DNA from: Octopus vulgaris
Taxonomy: Eukaryota
Length of the DNA stretch: 64,000 nt
NCBI GenBank assembly: GCA_951406725.2
Contig: OX597825.1
Span: 62,062,001-62,126,000 of the forward strand
Reading direction: 5' to 3'
A program made the translations under genes and the position numbers. The notes beneath the pieces are model-generated. The model searched no databases. It was given only the letters and a program-made list of their open reading frames with translations, and was not told the DNA's origin. Shown here one piece after another: positions 24,459 through 38,861 of the stretch. Each line of letters opens with the position of its first letter. The stretch's first letter is position 1.

Positions 24459-24910
24459 TGAGGGGGGGTGTGTGCTAAAAAAGCTCTGGGTTATAGAAAT
24501 ATAGGAGGATCAGTTAATTATGATTTTATTCAACATATTCCCCTCTCAGATTCACACACTCATTGCAGTGGCCCTTCAGATTTTCTGCACCCTGTAAAAG
24601 AACTCAGAAGGTTGGGCCTCCAACTAGGCCTTTCATGACACCCTTAAAGCCAGAAACTTTTCAGTACCCCCTCATGTGTGTGTGTGTGTGTGTGAGGGAG
24701 TGCTGAAAAGTTCCTTGCTTTGGGTAAGGGAAAATACAGGTGGATCAGTTTATTATGATTTTATTCAATGTATTCCTCTCTCGGATTCACACATTTATTG
24801 CAGTAGTCTTTTCTGTCTGTGTTTGTTCCCCACAAATGCTTGGAGTTGGGCCTCCAGCCAAGCTTTTTGTGATACCCTTAAAACCAGGAACTTTTCAGCA
24901 CGCCTTCATA
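24459..24910. mobile_element. Two tandem mariner-derived MITEs (24459-24676, 24693-24910)
   Basis: TIR-like GAGGG..GTGCTGAAAAGTTCC / GGAACTTTTCAGCAC.CCTTCATA; the two units are similar internally. Confidence 0.7.
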
Positions 24911-25558
24911 ATTATGTCAGCAGAAAGATTTGATGCTAACAGCTGTAACCATTCTTATCATAGGTCTGCTGGATCTGACATTACCTGGAGCAAAACAATA
25001 CTAAGAACAGCAACATCAACAACATCATCATCATCGTCGTCGTCGACGTTTAACGTCCGCTTTCCATGCTAGCATGGGTTGGATGATTTGACTGAGGTCT
25101 GGCGAACCAGATGGCTGCACCAGACTCCAATCTGATCTGGCAGAGTTTCTACAGCTGGATGCCCTTCCTAATGCCAACCCCTCTGAGAGTGTAGTGGGTG
25201 TTTTTACGTGCCACCGGCACGAGGACCAGTTAGGTGGTACTGGCAATGACCATGTTCAAATGGTGCTTTTTATGTGCCACCTGCATAGGAGCCAGTCCAG
25301 CGGCACTGGCAACGACCTCGCTTGAATGTTTTTTCACTTGCCACCAGCACAAGTGCTAGTAAGCCAACGCAGGTAACAATCACACTCTAATGGTATTTTT
25401 ACATGCCATCGGCACAGAGGTCAGCTTGTTGCTCAGGCAACGATCTCACTTGTATGGTACTCTTAGTGCTCCATATTAAGTTGCAGTCATATATGCATGA
25501 ACATTTGTTTTCATAACGCTCGTTACTGATTACAAAATAAATAATACTTTAAAATATA

Positions 25559-25947
25559 CTAGCAGTATTGCCCGGTGTTGCTCTAGTTTGTTTCGACCCT
25601 TTAGAATTGGAATTTTTGAAAAGTAAAAGTTTTGCATTATGTATCTTGTTATTCTCTTTAATTTAACATTTTTCTGGTTGAAATACACCGAAAAATGGCG
25701 ACACAGCAGTCAAAAGATCGTAAAAAATAGGGATTTTCATAGAAAAAAGCACCTTTTCGATGTAAATAATTTTTGGTGTTAACATGGTCCAATTTGAATT
25801 TTTTCTTCTACGGAAGGAGGAGCAAGCCTTCTTCTATGATACTCTCAATTTTGGTCAACTTGTGCCGCAGGGTCTTAGAGGAGATAGTGTTAGTTGAAGG
25901 CTACCAAACCTGTTATACCCAGACAACTTCAGCTTTATATATAGAGA
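25559..25947 (-). mobile_element. Non-autonomous Helitron
   Basis: Minus strand starts TCTCTATATATAAAG and ends ...GAGCAACACCGGGCAATACTGCTAG followed by T: 5'-TC, degenerate subterminal hairpin, 3'-CTAG, no TSD. Confidence 0.8.
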
Positions 25948-28150
25948 AATATACAAAAAATAAAAAGAAGCAATTTCACTTTGATTAATGTAATTTCGGC
26001 AAACTAGAATGGAAACTAAGAAGTGTTTACACATTTACGGACAAACTAATATATTAGTAAACAGAAAAGTAATCCGGTAATTATAATTTATTATGCCCCC
26101 CACAAATGCTACTGCATATATTAATGCTGCAGTTTTATGTCCCCACTTGACAGTATGATATTGAAATATGTGGTAAAGTAATGTGATCGTTAAATAAAAG
26201 CTTGTATTAAGATAAACAAGTCAATGAAAGTTGTGTATTTATGAGGAAACAGTAATGATATATTTATTATAGTTTCCTATTACGGCATTGACAGTTCGGC
26301 TTAAATACCCAGAGCGATTATTTTAGTATTTGATACTCTTATAGTGTTATGAAATAAATTTAAAGCATCAAATAATTGTGTTCAAATTTTAATTACCTAC
26401 ATTATTAAGTTAATTAACAACCTAATCTCCTGTCATTCTGTATTGTATGTAATATAATACTCAAAGCAGCTCTGTTATTGCTTGTCAAAATTAAAACAGT
26501 ATCTCAAAACAATTGTATTTATGTGTATATAATGTGAAGAAATTATTAGAAAATCACCAGGGTTACTCTTAGTGGGGGATTAGCATCATATACAAGTGAA
26601 AAAAACATAAACATAGGAGGATAACATGTGTTAGTGACTTGTAAGTACAAAATGTAGATGTCACATTATACTTGAGATTACCCTGTGCTCTAGTAAATAC
26701 AGTGGTTATTATATACTAACTGACCACGTGCCATCAATAATGATAGCTAATTGTAATATTTTATATATAAATAATGTACAAAATAAGGTACATAATCACA
26801 CATACAGACATTCACATACATCCTTTATATACATACACACATATACTCATACAGAGTTGAAACATTGTTTTTTTTCACCCCTTCTTTCCTTACTCATCTA
26901 TCACCCTTCCTTTCTCTCATTGCTATTACTTACTCTCAATCCCTCTCAGTCAGAGCTGTTACTCTCACTACTTTTCCTTCACTGAATTACTATTTTCTCT
27001 CCTCCTCCACATCCGGTGTGATTCTGGACAATATATATATATATATATATACATATACAAATAAAAAAAAAACACTACTCTCATTATTATATTAGGAGAT
27101 ACTATTCTGTAAGATGACAAACTGGCAGAATCATTAGCATGCCAGGCAAAACGCTTAGTGGTTTTTCATCCATCTTTACATTCAGAGACAAAATTCTGCT
27201 AAGGTCTACTTTACCTTTCATCCTTCAAGGGTTGATAAAATACATACCAGTCAAGTATTGGGGTCAATGGAATCGACTTGCCACTTCCTTGAAATTGCTG
27301 GCCTTGTGCCAAAATTTGAAATAAATATCAGAGTGGCAGATTGGTGGAACTGTTGGTGTGTTAGTCAAAAAACCTTGTTGTGTCCTTTTACATTTTGAGT
27401 TCAAATCCTGCTGAGAGTAATGTTACTTTTCCTCCTTTCTGGCTTGATAAAAGAAAGCACCACTCAGTTTTATTGACTATACTCTGCCTTATATCTATGT
27501 TTGAAATCAATAGTATCTGTTAATTCCCTTTGGACTTCACAGAACAAAAGAAAACATTTCTTTTTTTCCTTTCTTAATATGAAATATACTAAGAAGTGTC
27601 AACCATCTTAACAAACCAATTTATTTTTATATGAAACAAAACAATCTAAACTGACATTTCCTGGGTGGAAAATAATTCATATCAGACATTTACATGAAAA
27701 CATAAAAATTCATTATTTAAGGTTTATATGAGGTATATTTGTTGTGCTAAAAGATTTATGATGCGAAATTGTGTGTTGAAACATACATTGTTATATTTTC
27801 ATAGAGTCATTCTGATAAATAAACCTGATGCCACGAAAAAGCACCCAGCACACACTAAAATGGTTGGTGTTAGGAAGGGCATCTAGCTGTAGAAACTATG
27901 CCAAATCAGATAGGAGTCTGGTGTAGCTTCCCAGCTTCCCAGCTTCCCAGCTCTGGTCAAACCATCCAACCAATGGCAGCATGGCCAACAGAATTTAATT
28001 GATGATGATCATGATGATAATAACATGCATTGTTGAAGTTGCAGAAAGATGACATCGAGAAGGCCACAACTTTGACCTATAATTCAGTAATAAATAAATA
28101 AATCTATTTATTCAAATTAATTAACTCATTAATTAACAAGAAATGAACAA

Positions 28151-28505
28151 TTAGGTTATCTGGTAAGTTCTGAGCGTTTTTAAACTAAATCTTTTAACGC
28201 TTCAATGAATACACCTGAAATGTAACAGAGTTAAAAAATTTTGGCATTGCTTGAAGTGGTAGTGCATGTATTCTTTGTTCCTGACTAAAAATAGATTAAT
28301 CTTTCATTCCAGTCACCCATTATTGACATTTGAAATGGAAAATTTCATATTCGCGTTGTAATGCTTTTCTTTTTTTGACAAAAGGAGAAAATGCTGCAAA
28401 GACTTGCAAAAACAGTTGTGAAGTTCATGGTGATAATGCTGTAGGTGAGTCAACAGTTCAAAGGTGGTTTTCAAAATTTAAAGTTGTAGTGCTTAGCTTG
28501 GAAGA
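28151..28505 (+). mobile_element. Mariner transposon 5' fragment
   Basis: TIR-like TTAGGTTATC start; KGENAAKTCKNSCEVHGDNAVGESTVQRWFSKFK...SLED is the mariner HTH N-terminus. Confidence 0.85.
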
Positions 28506-28526
28506 TAATAGTCACAGTGTTGCCTT

Positions 28527-28568
28527 CACTATGTTTCAGCTGTTGTATGCTCCAGCCTTCTTCAGGTG
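28527..28568 (-). ncRNA. Minimal type I hammerhead motif
   Basis: CAC-CTGAAGA-A-GGCTG-gagcatacaa-CAGCT-GAAA-CA-TA-GTG; stems I and II pair and the core is canonical. Confidence 0.65.
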
Positions 28569-28659
28569 TCTTTTGTCAAAATTTATCCTGTTTACACCAG
28601 GTGTTCATGAACTGTACTTTTAGGAACTTCCAACTTCTCTGCAAGTTGGAAGTTTCTAA

Positions 28660-29332
28660 AAGTGATATTTGAGTTTTCTTCAATTTTTGCTTTCAAAACA
28701 TCTTCATCCAATTTTGAAGGTCTCCCACTCAACTGCACTCCATGCATAATAATCAAGGGGGTTGGAGTCTAGGGAGTTCAGTGGCCAGATATTAGGAGTG
28801 ATGTAATTACAGAAATTGTCTGACAGCCATGACTGAGTTCTCCTACTTATATACCATGGTGCAGAGTCCTGTTGTCAGACACAGGGTCTTCCAACAGCCA
28901 ACCTCTTGACACAAGGTAGCATTACTTCCCCCAGGCACATGATGTAGGCCTGTGTTGAGTGTGAGGCTGTGTGGGGGAGAGGAATGGAGGCATTATGTTA
29001 CCATCACTAATGATCACTTCAACCACCATGATGTTAACTGGGTGTTTGATTCTTATCTTTCTCAGTACATGACCTCAGAATGCACTGTCCTCAGATTGAC
29101 ACCCAAACACTCTGATATGTTTGTATTGGAGTTTCTGTCATAAATGCTAAGCAGCACAGCATGGTGTTTCCAAATTTCTGGCAGAGTGAATTGCATCATG
29201 ATGCTGTTTTTCTCATAACAGTGCCCAACTGACTCTACTATACTGAGTAGTTGACAAAATCAAAAACAAACAAAGCACATTTGCAAAATTAAAAATATAA
29301 AATGGCGACAATTGACGCGCTGCAGTCCGTGT
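28660..29332 (-). mobile_element. Tc1/maT-like transposon, internally deleted and decayed
   Basis: QQDSAPWY.SRRTQSWLSDNF...NIWPLNSLDSNPLDYYAWSAVE (cf. QQDxAPxH and WPPNSPDLNPLDY). Confidence 0.85.
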
Positions 29333-29343
29333 GTATATATATA

Positions 29344-29394
<51 letters not shown>

Positions 29395-29821
29395 TTTTAT
29401 TCTTTTACTTGTTTCAGTCATTTGACTGTGGCCATACTGAAGCCCCACTTTAAAGGGTATTTTTTAGACAAAGCACTCAACCTCAGGAAGTAAACCTTGT
29501 AAGCCTAGTACTTATTCTATCAGTGTCTTTTGTTTAACCACTAAGTTATGGGGATGTAAACACACCAACATTGGTTGGTGGACAAACCCAGACACAAAGA
29601 CACACACATATAAATATATACACACACACACACATACAAGATGGGCTTCTTTCAATCTCCATCTACCAAATCCACTCACAAAGTTTTTGGTTGTTCTGAG
29701 GCTATAGTAGAAGACACCCAAGGTACCACACAGTAGGATTGAACCCAGAACTATGTGGTTGGAAAGCAAGTGTCTTACCACACACCCGCACCTATATATA
29801 CACACATATATACATATAATA

Positions 29822-29890
29822 ATAACACTAAACCTAGGATGAAATTTATGTATTAAATATTTATAAACTTCATCCTAGAATTATTGTTAT
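29822..29890. repeat. Short foldback palindrome
   Basis: CTAGGATGAA.TTTAT / ATAAA.TTCATCCTAG. Confidence 0.75.
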
Positions 29891-29996
29891 CATATATATC
29901 CTACATTATATTAGTATAACCCTGATGCAACCCTGAAAAACTGACTTACAAGTCAGTATCATTAAACTGTAGCCCGCATAATGAAATAAGGGTTTT

Positions 29997-30096
29997 ATTT
30001 GTATACCCCTAACATTACCATAAACGAATTTAAAAGGTAAATATATATATATATATATATATCTTTTAAATTCGTTTATGGTAACATTAGGGGTAT

Positions 30097-30102
<6 letters not shown>
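29997..30102. repeat. Inverted repeat centred on (TA)n
   Basis: ATTTGTATACCCCTAA..TTACCATAAACGAATTTAAAAG and its reverse complement. Confidence 0.9.
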
Positions 30103-30134
<32 letters not shown>

Positions 30135-30886
30135 GTATATACACATGTACATATATACATATATATATATATACACACACACACATATATTTATTTATTT
30201 AAAGGGCACAATAGATGTCTTTAAGTATTACTAATAGTTTCATATGTTGGGAAATGCTCATACATAGTCTTCGGGCACAAACCACATATCATAAGGAAGT
30301 AAAAAATGTGTATAATAGAAGAAATGCAAAAAAACAAAAAAAAAAAAAACTGAGAAGGCAGCATATAGAAAAGGAAGAAAGTAAAAAGATGGAAATGATA
30401 AACAGAAAACGAAAACTCAAAAACTAAAATGTAAGAAGTAAAAAATAAAAAGATAAGAGAACTATTCTCCTTAGACCTTACATATATATGTATATATGTA
30501 TGTATGCATGTATGCATTACATATCCTCCTCTACTCTAGGCACAAGGCCTGAAATTTTAAGGGAGAGGGGCCAGTCAATTAGATCGACCCCAGTACACAA
30601 CTGGTATTTGATTTATCAACTCTGAGAGGATGAAAGCAAAGTCGACCTCGGCAGAACTTGAACTCAGAGCACGAAGATAGATGAAATACCACTAAGCATT
30701 TCGCCCAGTGTGCTAACATTCCTCCCAGCTCACCGCCTTGTATGTATTACGTATCACTCTCATTATGAATGACAATATGATACTGGTAGATATTTATAGA
30801 GGGAGAGGTAGATAATGCAGCTACTCATTATGGTTTTACTGGTTTCACATTTAAGGTTGTGGCCATACTGGGGCATTGCCTTCAAT

Positions 30887-30919
<33 letters not shown>

Positions 30920-31371
30920 TGTTTAAAGTCCGCTTTCCATGCTAGCATGGGTTGGACGATTTGACTGAGGTCTGGCTAACCAGATGATTAGAAGACAAAA
31001 ATCAACCCAGGTAGAATCCGAATTCAGAGCATTTAAAGGACCAACCAAATAACACAAGGCATTTTGCCCTATATTCTACAAATTCTGACATCCATCATTC
31101 ACAAATACAATAAAAACAGAGTTTAGATTTTTAATATTAAAATAAAATGATACTTTAATATTTGTCTTACTACTTACAAATTTTTTTTTCTTATTTAAAG
31201 AGAAAATGTTGTTAAACTATTATTGATTTTTTTTCAGGGAGAGAAATAAATTAGATAATTATTTCACCAGTTATATAAATTGTGTGTGCGAATGTTGAAA
31301 CCTTTATAAATAAACATATTACATTTAAAAAAACATATACATACATACATACATAATGCATATATATATAC

Positions 31372-31417
<46 letters not shown>

Positions 31418-31442
31418 TACTTAATATCAAATCACATATTTA

Positions 31443-31477
<35 letters not shown>

Positions 31478-32516
31478 TACTTAATATCAAATCACATATT
31501 TACTTTATAGATATTTTATGTAAGTTTGTAAATTATAGCTGCTAACAAGCAACCAGACAGAATCAAGTTATATAAAGAATTTGTTAGAGCAACAGATTTG
31601 CAGTAAATATGCTGCCAACAATCAATTTGTCCATTTAATACTTTGGAATCAATAAAACAAGAACCAATATCGTAGTGTCGAAAAGATTGGCCCAGAAACT
31701 AAAATCCAGTTAAAAGTCGCGATATTAAACACAAACACACGCAAGACACACGCGTCTTACTTTTGACTTACATTACTAGTAAGGATTAAAGATGAATTAT
31801 GACACTAAACTATCTTTGTATCATCATAAAACACTTGTGTAGGGTTATTCTATAGGAAATTTTATTGAAAACAATAAAGATACTAGTTATAAGAAATAAA
31901 GGTAGAAAGCTGTCGCTGTTTAGAACATAATGACAATATGAAGAGCAAAGAAGACTACTAAAATCCTAGAATAAAGTGAGGTACAAATATGTTTATTGAG
32001 GTTTCTGTTTGATAAATGACACAAGTTAAATTGAGAATCTCTCAGCTCTATACAGTTTAAAATTCTTCAAAGGCAGCTGACAGTGTATGTGGCTTCTCAG
32101 ATGTTATAAGGTGATTAAAATCGATGTTAGTCTAGTTTTCTTGGATAGTCTAGCCTATTATAATGATGTCATAGAAGAATTGATAGTAAGAACATTTTAC
32201 CGAAATTGTTTACTGAGACAAGTATCGTTATAAGCAATATACAGTTATTGATATGTGATTTCACTTGAAAGAGCATTTTTGCGAGCTAAATCCTTATTAT
32301 AATGGCGTTTGTGAATGTGTGTGTGTATGTGTGTATGTGTGTGTGTGTGTGTGTGTGTGTACATGTGTATGCCAGTCTGCTTGTAACCAAATGCTTGCTA
32401 GCTGTTCATTCTTCCTCCCATCTTTGACACCCTGACTAAGTATCTCATATCTCATGCTGCTTCATAAATCAACCACTTCTCTTAAGGAAAGAAATAGAAA
32501 GTGTAAGAGACATACA

Positions 32517-32517
<1 letters not shown>

Positions 32518-32558
<41 letters not shown>

Positions 32559-32905
32559 GAAAAAGGGGTGGAGAGGTAGAGAGGCTTGGGAGAGGCACAG
32601 AGGGGAGAAAGAGGGAGAGGAGCAGGAAAGACATAGGGGAGTGAGAGAGGGGATAAAGGGGAGGTAGAAGAGAGGGGAAGTGGAAGGAGAAGGTAGAAAG
32701 ACAGAAGGAGACAGAGAAGGGAGAGAGAGGAGAAGGTGAGAGGGGAGTGAGTTAGAGAAAGGGAAAGAGAGAGGGGAAGAAGAGTAAGGGAAGGGAGAGT
32801 GGTGGAGGGAGAGAAATGGGAAGGATAAAGTGAGAGAGAGATAGAGGGAGGGCAGACAAAAGAGGATAAATAGAGGGAGAGAGAAAGAGAAGATAAAGAA
32901 AGAAG
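32518..32905 (+). repeat. Polypurine (GA-rich) tract
   Basis: About 390 bp of almost pure purine sequence. Confidence 0.9.
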
Positions 32906-33919
32906 GGTTTTTCTATGGTTGAGTAGAGTATGAAATAATCTACTTGCTGTATTGCTAATTTTTTCATCATTATTCTGTTTTTCTAATGTCTGCCTTTCAA
33001 TGCTTGCACAGATCACAACAGCATTTTCTCCTTGTATATAATTTCTTTGCTTGAGCAGTGGAGGTGCATTGCTTAGTGGTTAAGGTGTTGGACTTATGAT
33101 TGTAAGATTATGGTTTCAATTCCTGGACTGGGAGATGCATTGTGTTCTTGAGCAAAACACTTCATTTCACATTGCTCCAGTCTACTCAGTTGAGTAATCT
33201 TGGAACAGACCAGCGTCCCATCCAGGTGAGGAATAGATAAACCTTGAAACTGAGAAACCAGCTCTTCTAAGTCAACATGACTCACTATAATACCTTTACT
33301 GTGCTTGAGCTTCATAGCCTTGTAAGCATGGGTTGGACGATTTGACTGAGGTCTGGTGAACCAGATGGCTGCACCAGACTCCAATCTGATCTGGCAGAGT
33401 TTCTACACCTGGATGCCCTTCCTAACACTAACTACTCCGAGAGTGTAGTGGGTGTTTTTATGTGCCACCGGCACGAGGGCCAGTCAGGTGGTACTGGCAA
33501 CGGCCACGCTCAAATAGTGCTTTTTATGTGCCACCTGCACGATGATGATTATGATAACAACGATGGCCAGTGTTGCGTAATTGGGTCTCCTTACTAGTAG
33601 TACATATAAAGAACCATTCGAAATTTAGGCCCCATGGAGGCAGTGACAAGTAATTGAGACTTTTGGCGATATACCGTGCTTGAGAAGGCCTTCCAAGCCA
33701 AATGAGATTGTAGTCATGGGCAACGCAGGTGTTATGTAAATGGCACCCATGCTGGTAGCTCATACAAAGCACACATGCCACTCTGGCGTGGCTGGCATTA
33801 GGAAAGGCTTCCAGCTGTAGAAACTATGCCAAATCAGATTGGAACCTGGTGAAGCCCTCCAGCTTACCAGCTTTCAGTCAAACTGTCCAACCTATGCCAA
33901 CATGGAAAACAGACATTAC

Positions 33920-33938
33920 ATGATGATGTTGATGATGG

Positions 33939-33996
<58 letters not shown>

Positions 33997-34012
33997 AACG
34001 ATAACGATGATT

Positions 34013-34054
<42 letters not shown>

Positions 34055-34114
34055 ATGATGATGATGATCATAATCATGATAACGATCATGATGATGATCA
34101 TGATAATCATGATG
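33920..34114. repeat. (GAT)n expanded RTE tail
   Basis: Contiguous with a family C 3' end. Confidence 0.9.
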
Positions 34115-34840
34115 TTTTAGCGATTTTATTTAATTTTTCACGAGCTCAATATTCTAAATTCCCTTTTGCATAAATTATTCAGAGATTGACAATTACAGCA
34201 GATGATGGATCATCTACTAATGGGAACCTAATCTATTAGATTTTCAAATATATTATATGATTTTCAATATTGCAGCAAACTAGAACCATTTGATTTTGCT
34301 AATTAACACTGTCGTTTAACACCCTGCTGATCATCAAACCATGTGTCTTTATTTAATGGCTAGAATGTTCTTATAATACTGTATACATGTTACATACTCA
34401 CAGAATGTAAGAAATAGTTATATTCCTTTATTGCATGTGGCTTGTATTCTCATAAGAAAGAATTCATATATTTTGATCCAGTGTTGTATGATACGGAATC
34501 TCAATCAATATATGAATTTACTTGACATCCTTTAAGACAAACCTAATATAACAATAATGATCAGAGGAGATAGCATTGAATTCAACTTTGGTGAATGACA
34601 GCATCTTGTATATTAGTTTCAAATTTTGACACAAGGCCATCGATTTGGAGGGAGGAGATCACTTGATTACATCAACTCCAGGACTGAATTAGAACTTGTT
34701 TTATTAATCCTGAAAGGATGAAAGGCAAAAGCAACTCCTGCATAATTTGAACTCAGACCTTGAATATGGACAAAATGTTGCTAAGCACTCTGCCCACCAT
34801 GCTAATAATTGTCTGTTTGCTGTCTTTGTCAAGCGTTTAA

Positions 34841-35061
34841 CCCATTCGTTACTGTATTTATTTTGAGATGCTCTGTGTGTCTTTCAATTAATTATAAATA
34901 TAACAAAGAATTAAGTAAAATAACTTAGTTATCATTCAGTTAGTCTTAGGAACATAAATTGTGACTAAGGTTTGGTGGAAGATTTTAATTCAAAATTTAT
35001 GAAAACAAGACATTTGTACTCAGAGCCAGAGGTGGTTTCAGCCGGGTTGGTAATGAAAGGG
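34841..35061. mobile_element. piggyBac-type MITE with TTAA TSD
   Basis: TTAA|CCCATTCGTTAC...GTAATGAAAGGG|TTAA; same family at 62585-62800 and 63246-63470. Confidence 0.9.
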
Positions 35062-36181
35062 TTAATTCTGATTTCAAATTTTAGCCAAATGCCAGCAATT
35101 TTGAGGGAGTGGTGTGAGTTGATTACAACGACCCTAGGACTCAACTGGTACTTATTTTATTGACTCCCCAAAAAGATGAAATAGAAAGTCGACCTCAGAT
35201 GAATTTGAACTCAGAATGTAAAGACCGCCAGAATGCTACTAAGTGTTTTGCCCAGTGTGTTAACGATTCTTTTCTGCTCTAGGCACAAGGCCTGAAACTT
35301 TTGGGGAGGGGGCCAGTCGATTAGATTGATCTCAGTACGCTGCTGGTACTTAATTTATCGACCCTGAAAGGATGAAAGGCAATGTTACCCTTGGTGGAAT
35401 TTGAACTCAGAATGTAAATACCTATTTCTTTACTACCCACAAGGGGCTAAATACAGAGAGGACAAACAAGGACAGACAAACGGATTAATTCGATTATATC
35501 GACGCCAGTGTGTAACTGGTGCTTATTTAATCGACCCCGAAAGGATGAAAGGCAAAGTTGACCTCGGCAGAATTTGAACTCAGAACATAACGACAGACGA
35601 AATACCACTAAGCATTTCAACCGGTGTGCTAACGATTCTGCTAGCTCAGTAAACAACATCTTGATTATTAATGTAAAAAATGATTTGCTTTACAAAATAA
35701 ACACATACAAAAATTAATAATCACAAACATATATATACATACACAAAAACAAATGTACACACACACATGCATGCAAAATGCATGAATATATGCACTTGTG
35801 AATACACAGAATTTAATCAATATACACCAATATTTATTCTGCTAAGTAGTTATAAAGAGATTTTCTGTGAACGAATTTTCTGTCTTGTATTCATATTAAT
35901 GAAATGTCTAATTCTAATTTAATTTAGTTTTTATAAACAAGTAAATCTATGTCCATAAATACACATGCTCCTTTTTATTTGTTACAGTATTTGGCTCTGG
36001 CCATGCTGGAGCACCGCCTTTAGTCGAGCAAATCGACCCCAGGACTTATTCTTTGTATGCTTAGTACTTATTCTATCAGTCTCTTTTGCCAAACCACTAA
36101 GTTACAGGGACGTAAACACACCAGCATCGGTTGTCAAGCAATGTTGGGGGGACAAACACAGGCACACAAACATATACACAC

Positions 36182-36257
<76 letters not shown>

Positions 36258-37155
36258 GCGATGGGCTTCTTTCAGTTTCTGTCTGCCAAATCCACTTGCA
36301 AAGCTTTGGTCGACCTGAGGCTATAGTAGAAGACACTTGCCCAAGGTGCCATGCAGTGAGACTGAACTCGGAACCATGTGGTTCGTAAGCAAGCTACTTA
36401 CCTCACAGCCACTCTTACGCCTATATAAAGAAATATATTCACATAGCTTTTGTGGCCATGTTAGGCTCTGATTTGAAGAATTTTTTGTGAAATGAATGTG
36501 TGATAGAAGAGGAGCAATATGAGTATTTAGTCTCCTGAGATAGGTCTCTGTTTTCAAGGTAACATGACTTTATTGGCAGAAAAGTGACAGAATTCTATGT
36601 GTTTCAGGGGACAGAGTGAAAACAGAAACCCAGAAAATGTTGGGGAAAAGGATTAAAAATATGTAGGCCGACAGAATGATATGGAGTGACGAGAAAGAAT
36701 ACAAAGTAAATTGAAAGTTACCTGCTTGAGTCATACCAACTTATAAGGGCTGGTTTCCTGGTCTCATGGTGTATATATTCCCCACCTGGATGGGGTGCCA
36801 GCCCATCACTGGATTACGCATTTTTGCCTGCTGAGTGAACTGGAGCAACATGAAATGAAGTGCTTTGTCCAAGAATACAATGTGTTGCCTGATCCAGGAA
36901 TCAAAACCACAATCTTATGATCATGATGCTGAAGCCCTAACCACTAAGCTACATGCCTCCACAGGAGGATGGTGATAAGAGAGGAGGATGGAGATAAGGG
37001 AAACTGAGCTCATGTAATCCCTTGTAGCTACCAACATACAGGCAAAGGGTTGAGTTATGAGGTGGGGTGGATTGGTAAATGGAAAGTTGGTGGATCCAGT
37101 ATTAGTGAGTAGAAAAGAGAATTGATTGAGAGAGAGAGAGAGAGATAATACACTC

Positions 37156-37390
37156 ACAACCTGATCAAACAGTTAAGAAATTTGCTTTGCTATCAGCAGG
37201 TTCCAGGTTCAATTCCATAGTTTGACATCTTGAGCAAGTATTTTTTACTATATATAGTCATGGGTAAAGCAAAGACTTGTGGGGGACATTGGGTTGATGG
37301 AAACGGTATGAAACCTCTTGGATGTATTATATGTGATTTTAAGAGGTCTAAATTTGTCACGTACTGTGTTACATTAAGTCTGCTGGAAGA
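37156..37390 (+). repeat. About 235-bp local direct duplication (second copy 39223-39458)
   Basis: Both copies share the same junction of two decayed SINE pieces and the same private mutations. Confidence 0.9.
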
Positions 37391-37489
37391 CTTAAGAGAG
37401 GGAGAGAGAGAGGGGGTCAGACAATGTTCTGTGGTATCTTTAGTAACATTGGCAGGAAATAATGGTTTGTGATAAGAAACAATCAACTT

Positions 37490-37865
37490 GTGGTGGTGGT
37501 GGTGGTGGTGGTGGTGGTGATGATGATGATGATGATTATAATGATGATGTTGATGGTGATGATGACAGTGAGGATGAGGAGGATAATAGTGGTGATGATG
37601 GTTATAATGGCTGTGGTGATGGTGGTGGTGGTGTCTGTGGTAGTGGAAGTAGTAGTGGTGGTTATCGCTGTGGTGTTGGTGATAATGATTATGATGATTA
37701 TGAAGATAATGATGGCAGTGGTAGCAGTGATAATGGTCGTGGTTGTGGTGGTGGTGGTTGTGATAGTGGCTGTGGAGGTGGTCACCGTTGTGCTGGTTGT
37801 GGTGGGGGTAGAGGTCACAACGGCGCCGACGACAACGAATATGACGATGACAACAACGATGACAA

Positions 37866-37896
<31 letters not shown>

Positions 37897-38150
37897 GACG
37901 ATGGTGGTGGTGGTGGTAATGGTGATGGTGATAGTTGTTGCTGCTTTCGTTGTGATAATAGCAGCAGTCTTAGTCATCTCCGTGGTGATGGTGGTGAAAA
38001 TGATGATGACGACGACGACAATGATGATGATGATGAGGACGATAATGATAATGAGGATGATGATGATAGTCGTAGTGAAGACGTTGGTGATGACAACAAT
38101 GGCATCTACAACGATGACGACGATGACGATGACGACCACGATGACGATAT
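37490..38150. repeat. Cryptic compound trinucleotide repeat (GGT/GAT/GAC)
   Basis: Open in three frames because of repeat composition. Confidence 0.9.
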
Positions 38151-38817
38151 GAACATCAATAGGCTTGCGAAGACAAAAAGAATATGCAATAACACAGAAC
38201 AATATTACTTGCTTTACAGATTAGAACACGAACAGTGATAACACTTTAATCTAATTCCTCATGAAAATACGGTTAATTATTTTTCAACCATCTTCAATGA
38301 ATCTCTCAAAAGAGCTCAACTGCCATGAATATATATTAAACAGACGCTAACTATCTGCTGAAGTGAGAATATTAAATTGACAACAGGCTGACTTATTGAA
38401 CACTTCATCTATATCTACACATGTGTCTCCACTGGAATAATTATTTCCTAATGCACAGCTAATGTGGATATAGTATAAAGCATTAAAATATGATAAAGGC
38501 AGATATAATATATTTTGGGGCATTTGATTAGAGTCTTGATGTAGGCATGTAAAATTTCCTGATAATCGGATATTATGTTATAAAACCGTACACACACACA
38601 CAGACATACAGGGGCACACACTGACATACATACACACACATAGGCATACACAAGCACATACACACACACGCAGACACACACTCACACACACACACATACA
38701 CACACATGCTCAAACATAAATATTGCTCATCGCACAAATGTTCATATACGTTTTCATTTGCCCAGACAGACTCATGCAGTTACTTGTATCCGCTTGTGTA
38801 TGTATGCATGTGTGCGT

Positions 38818-38861
<44 letters not shown>

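Noticed and set aside
31370-31505. Tandem duplication of 31 bp plus (TA)n
   Set aside because: Likely slippage or an assembly artefact at a microsatellite
32462-33016. 184-aa Leu/Ser/Pro ORF
   Set aside because: Translation of the polypyrimidine strand of a GA-rich tract
37462-38238. 258-aa Gly/Asp-rich ORF resembling an acidic structural protein
   Set aside because: Compound trinucleotide repeat open in three frames, no signal peptide, and similar tracts occur elsewhere in the window
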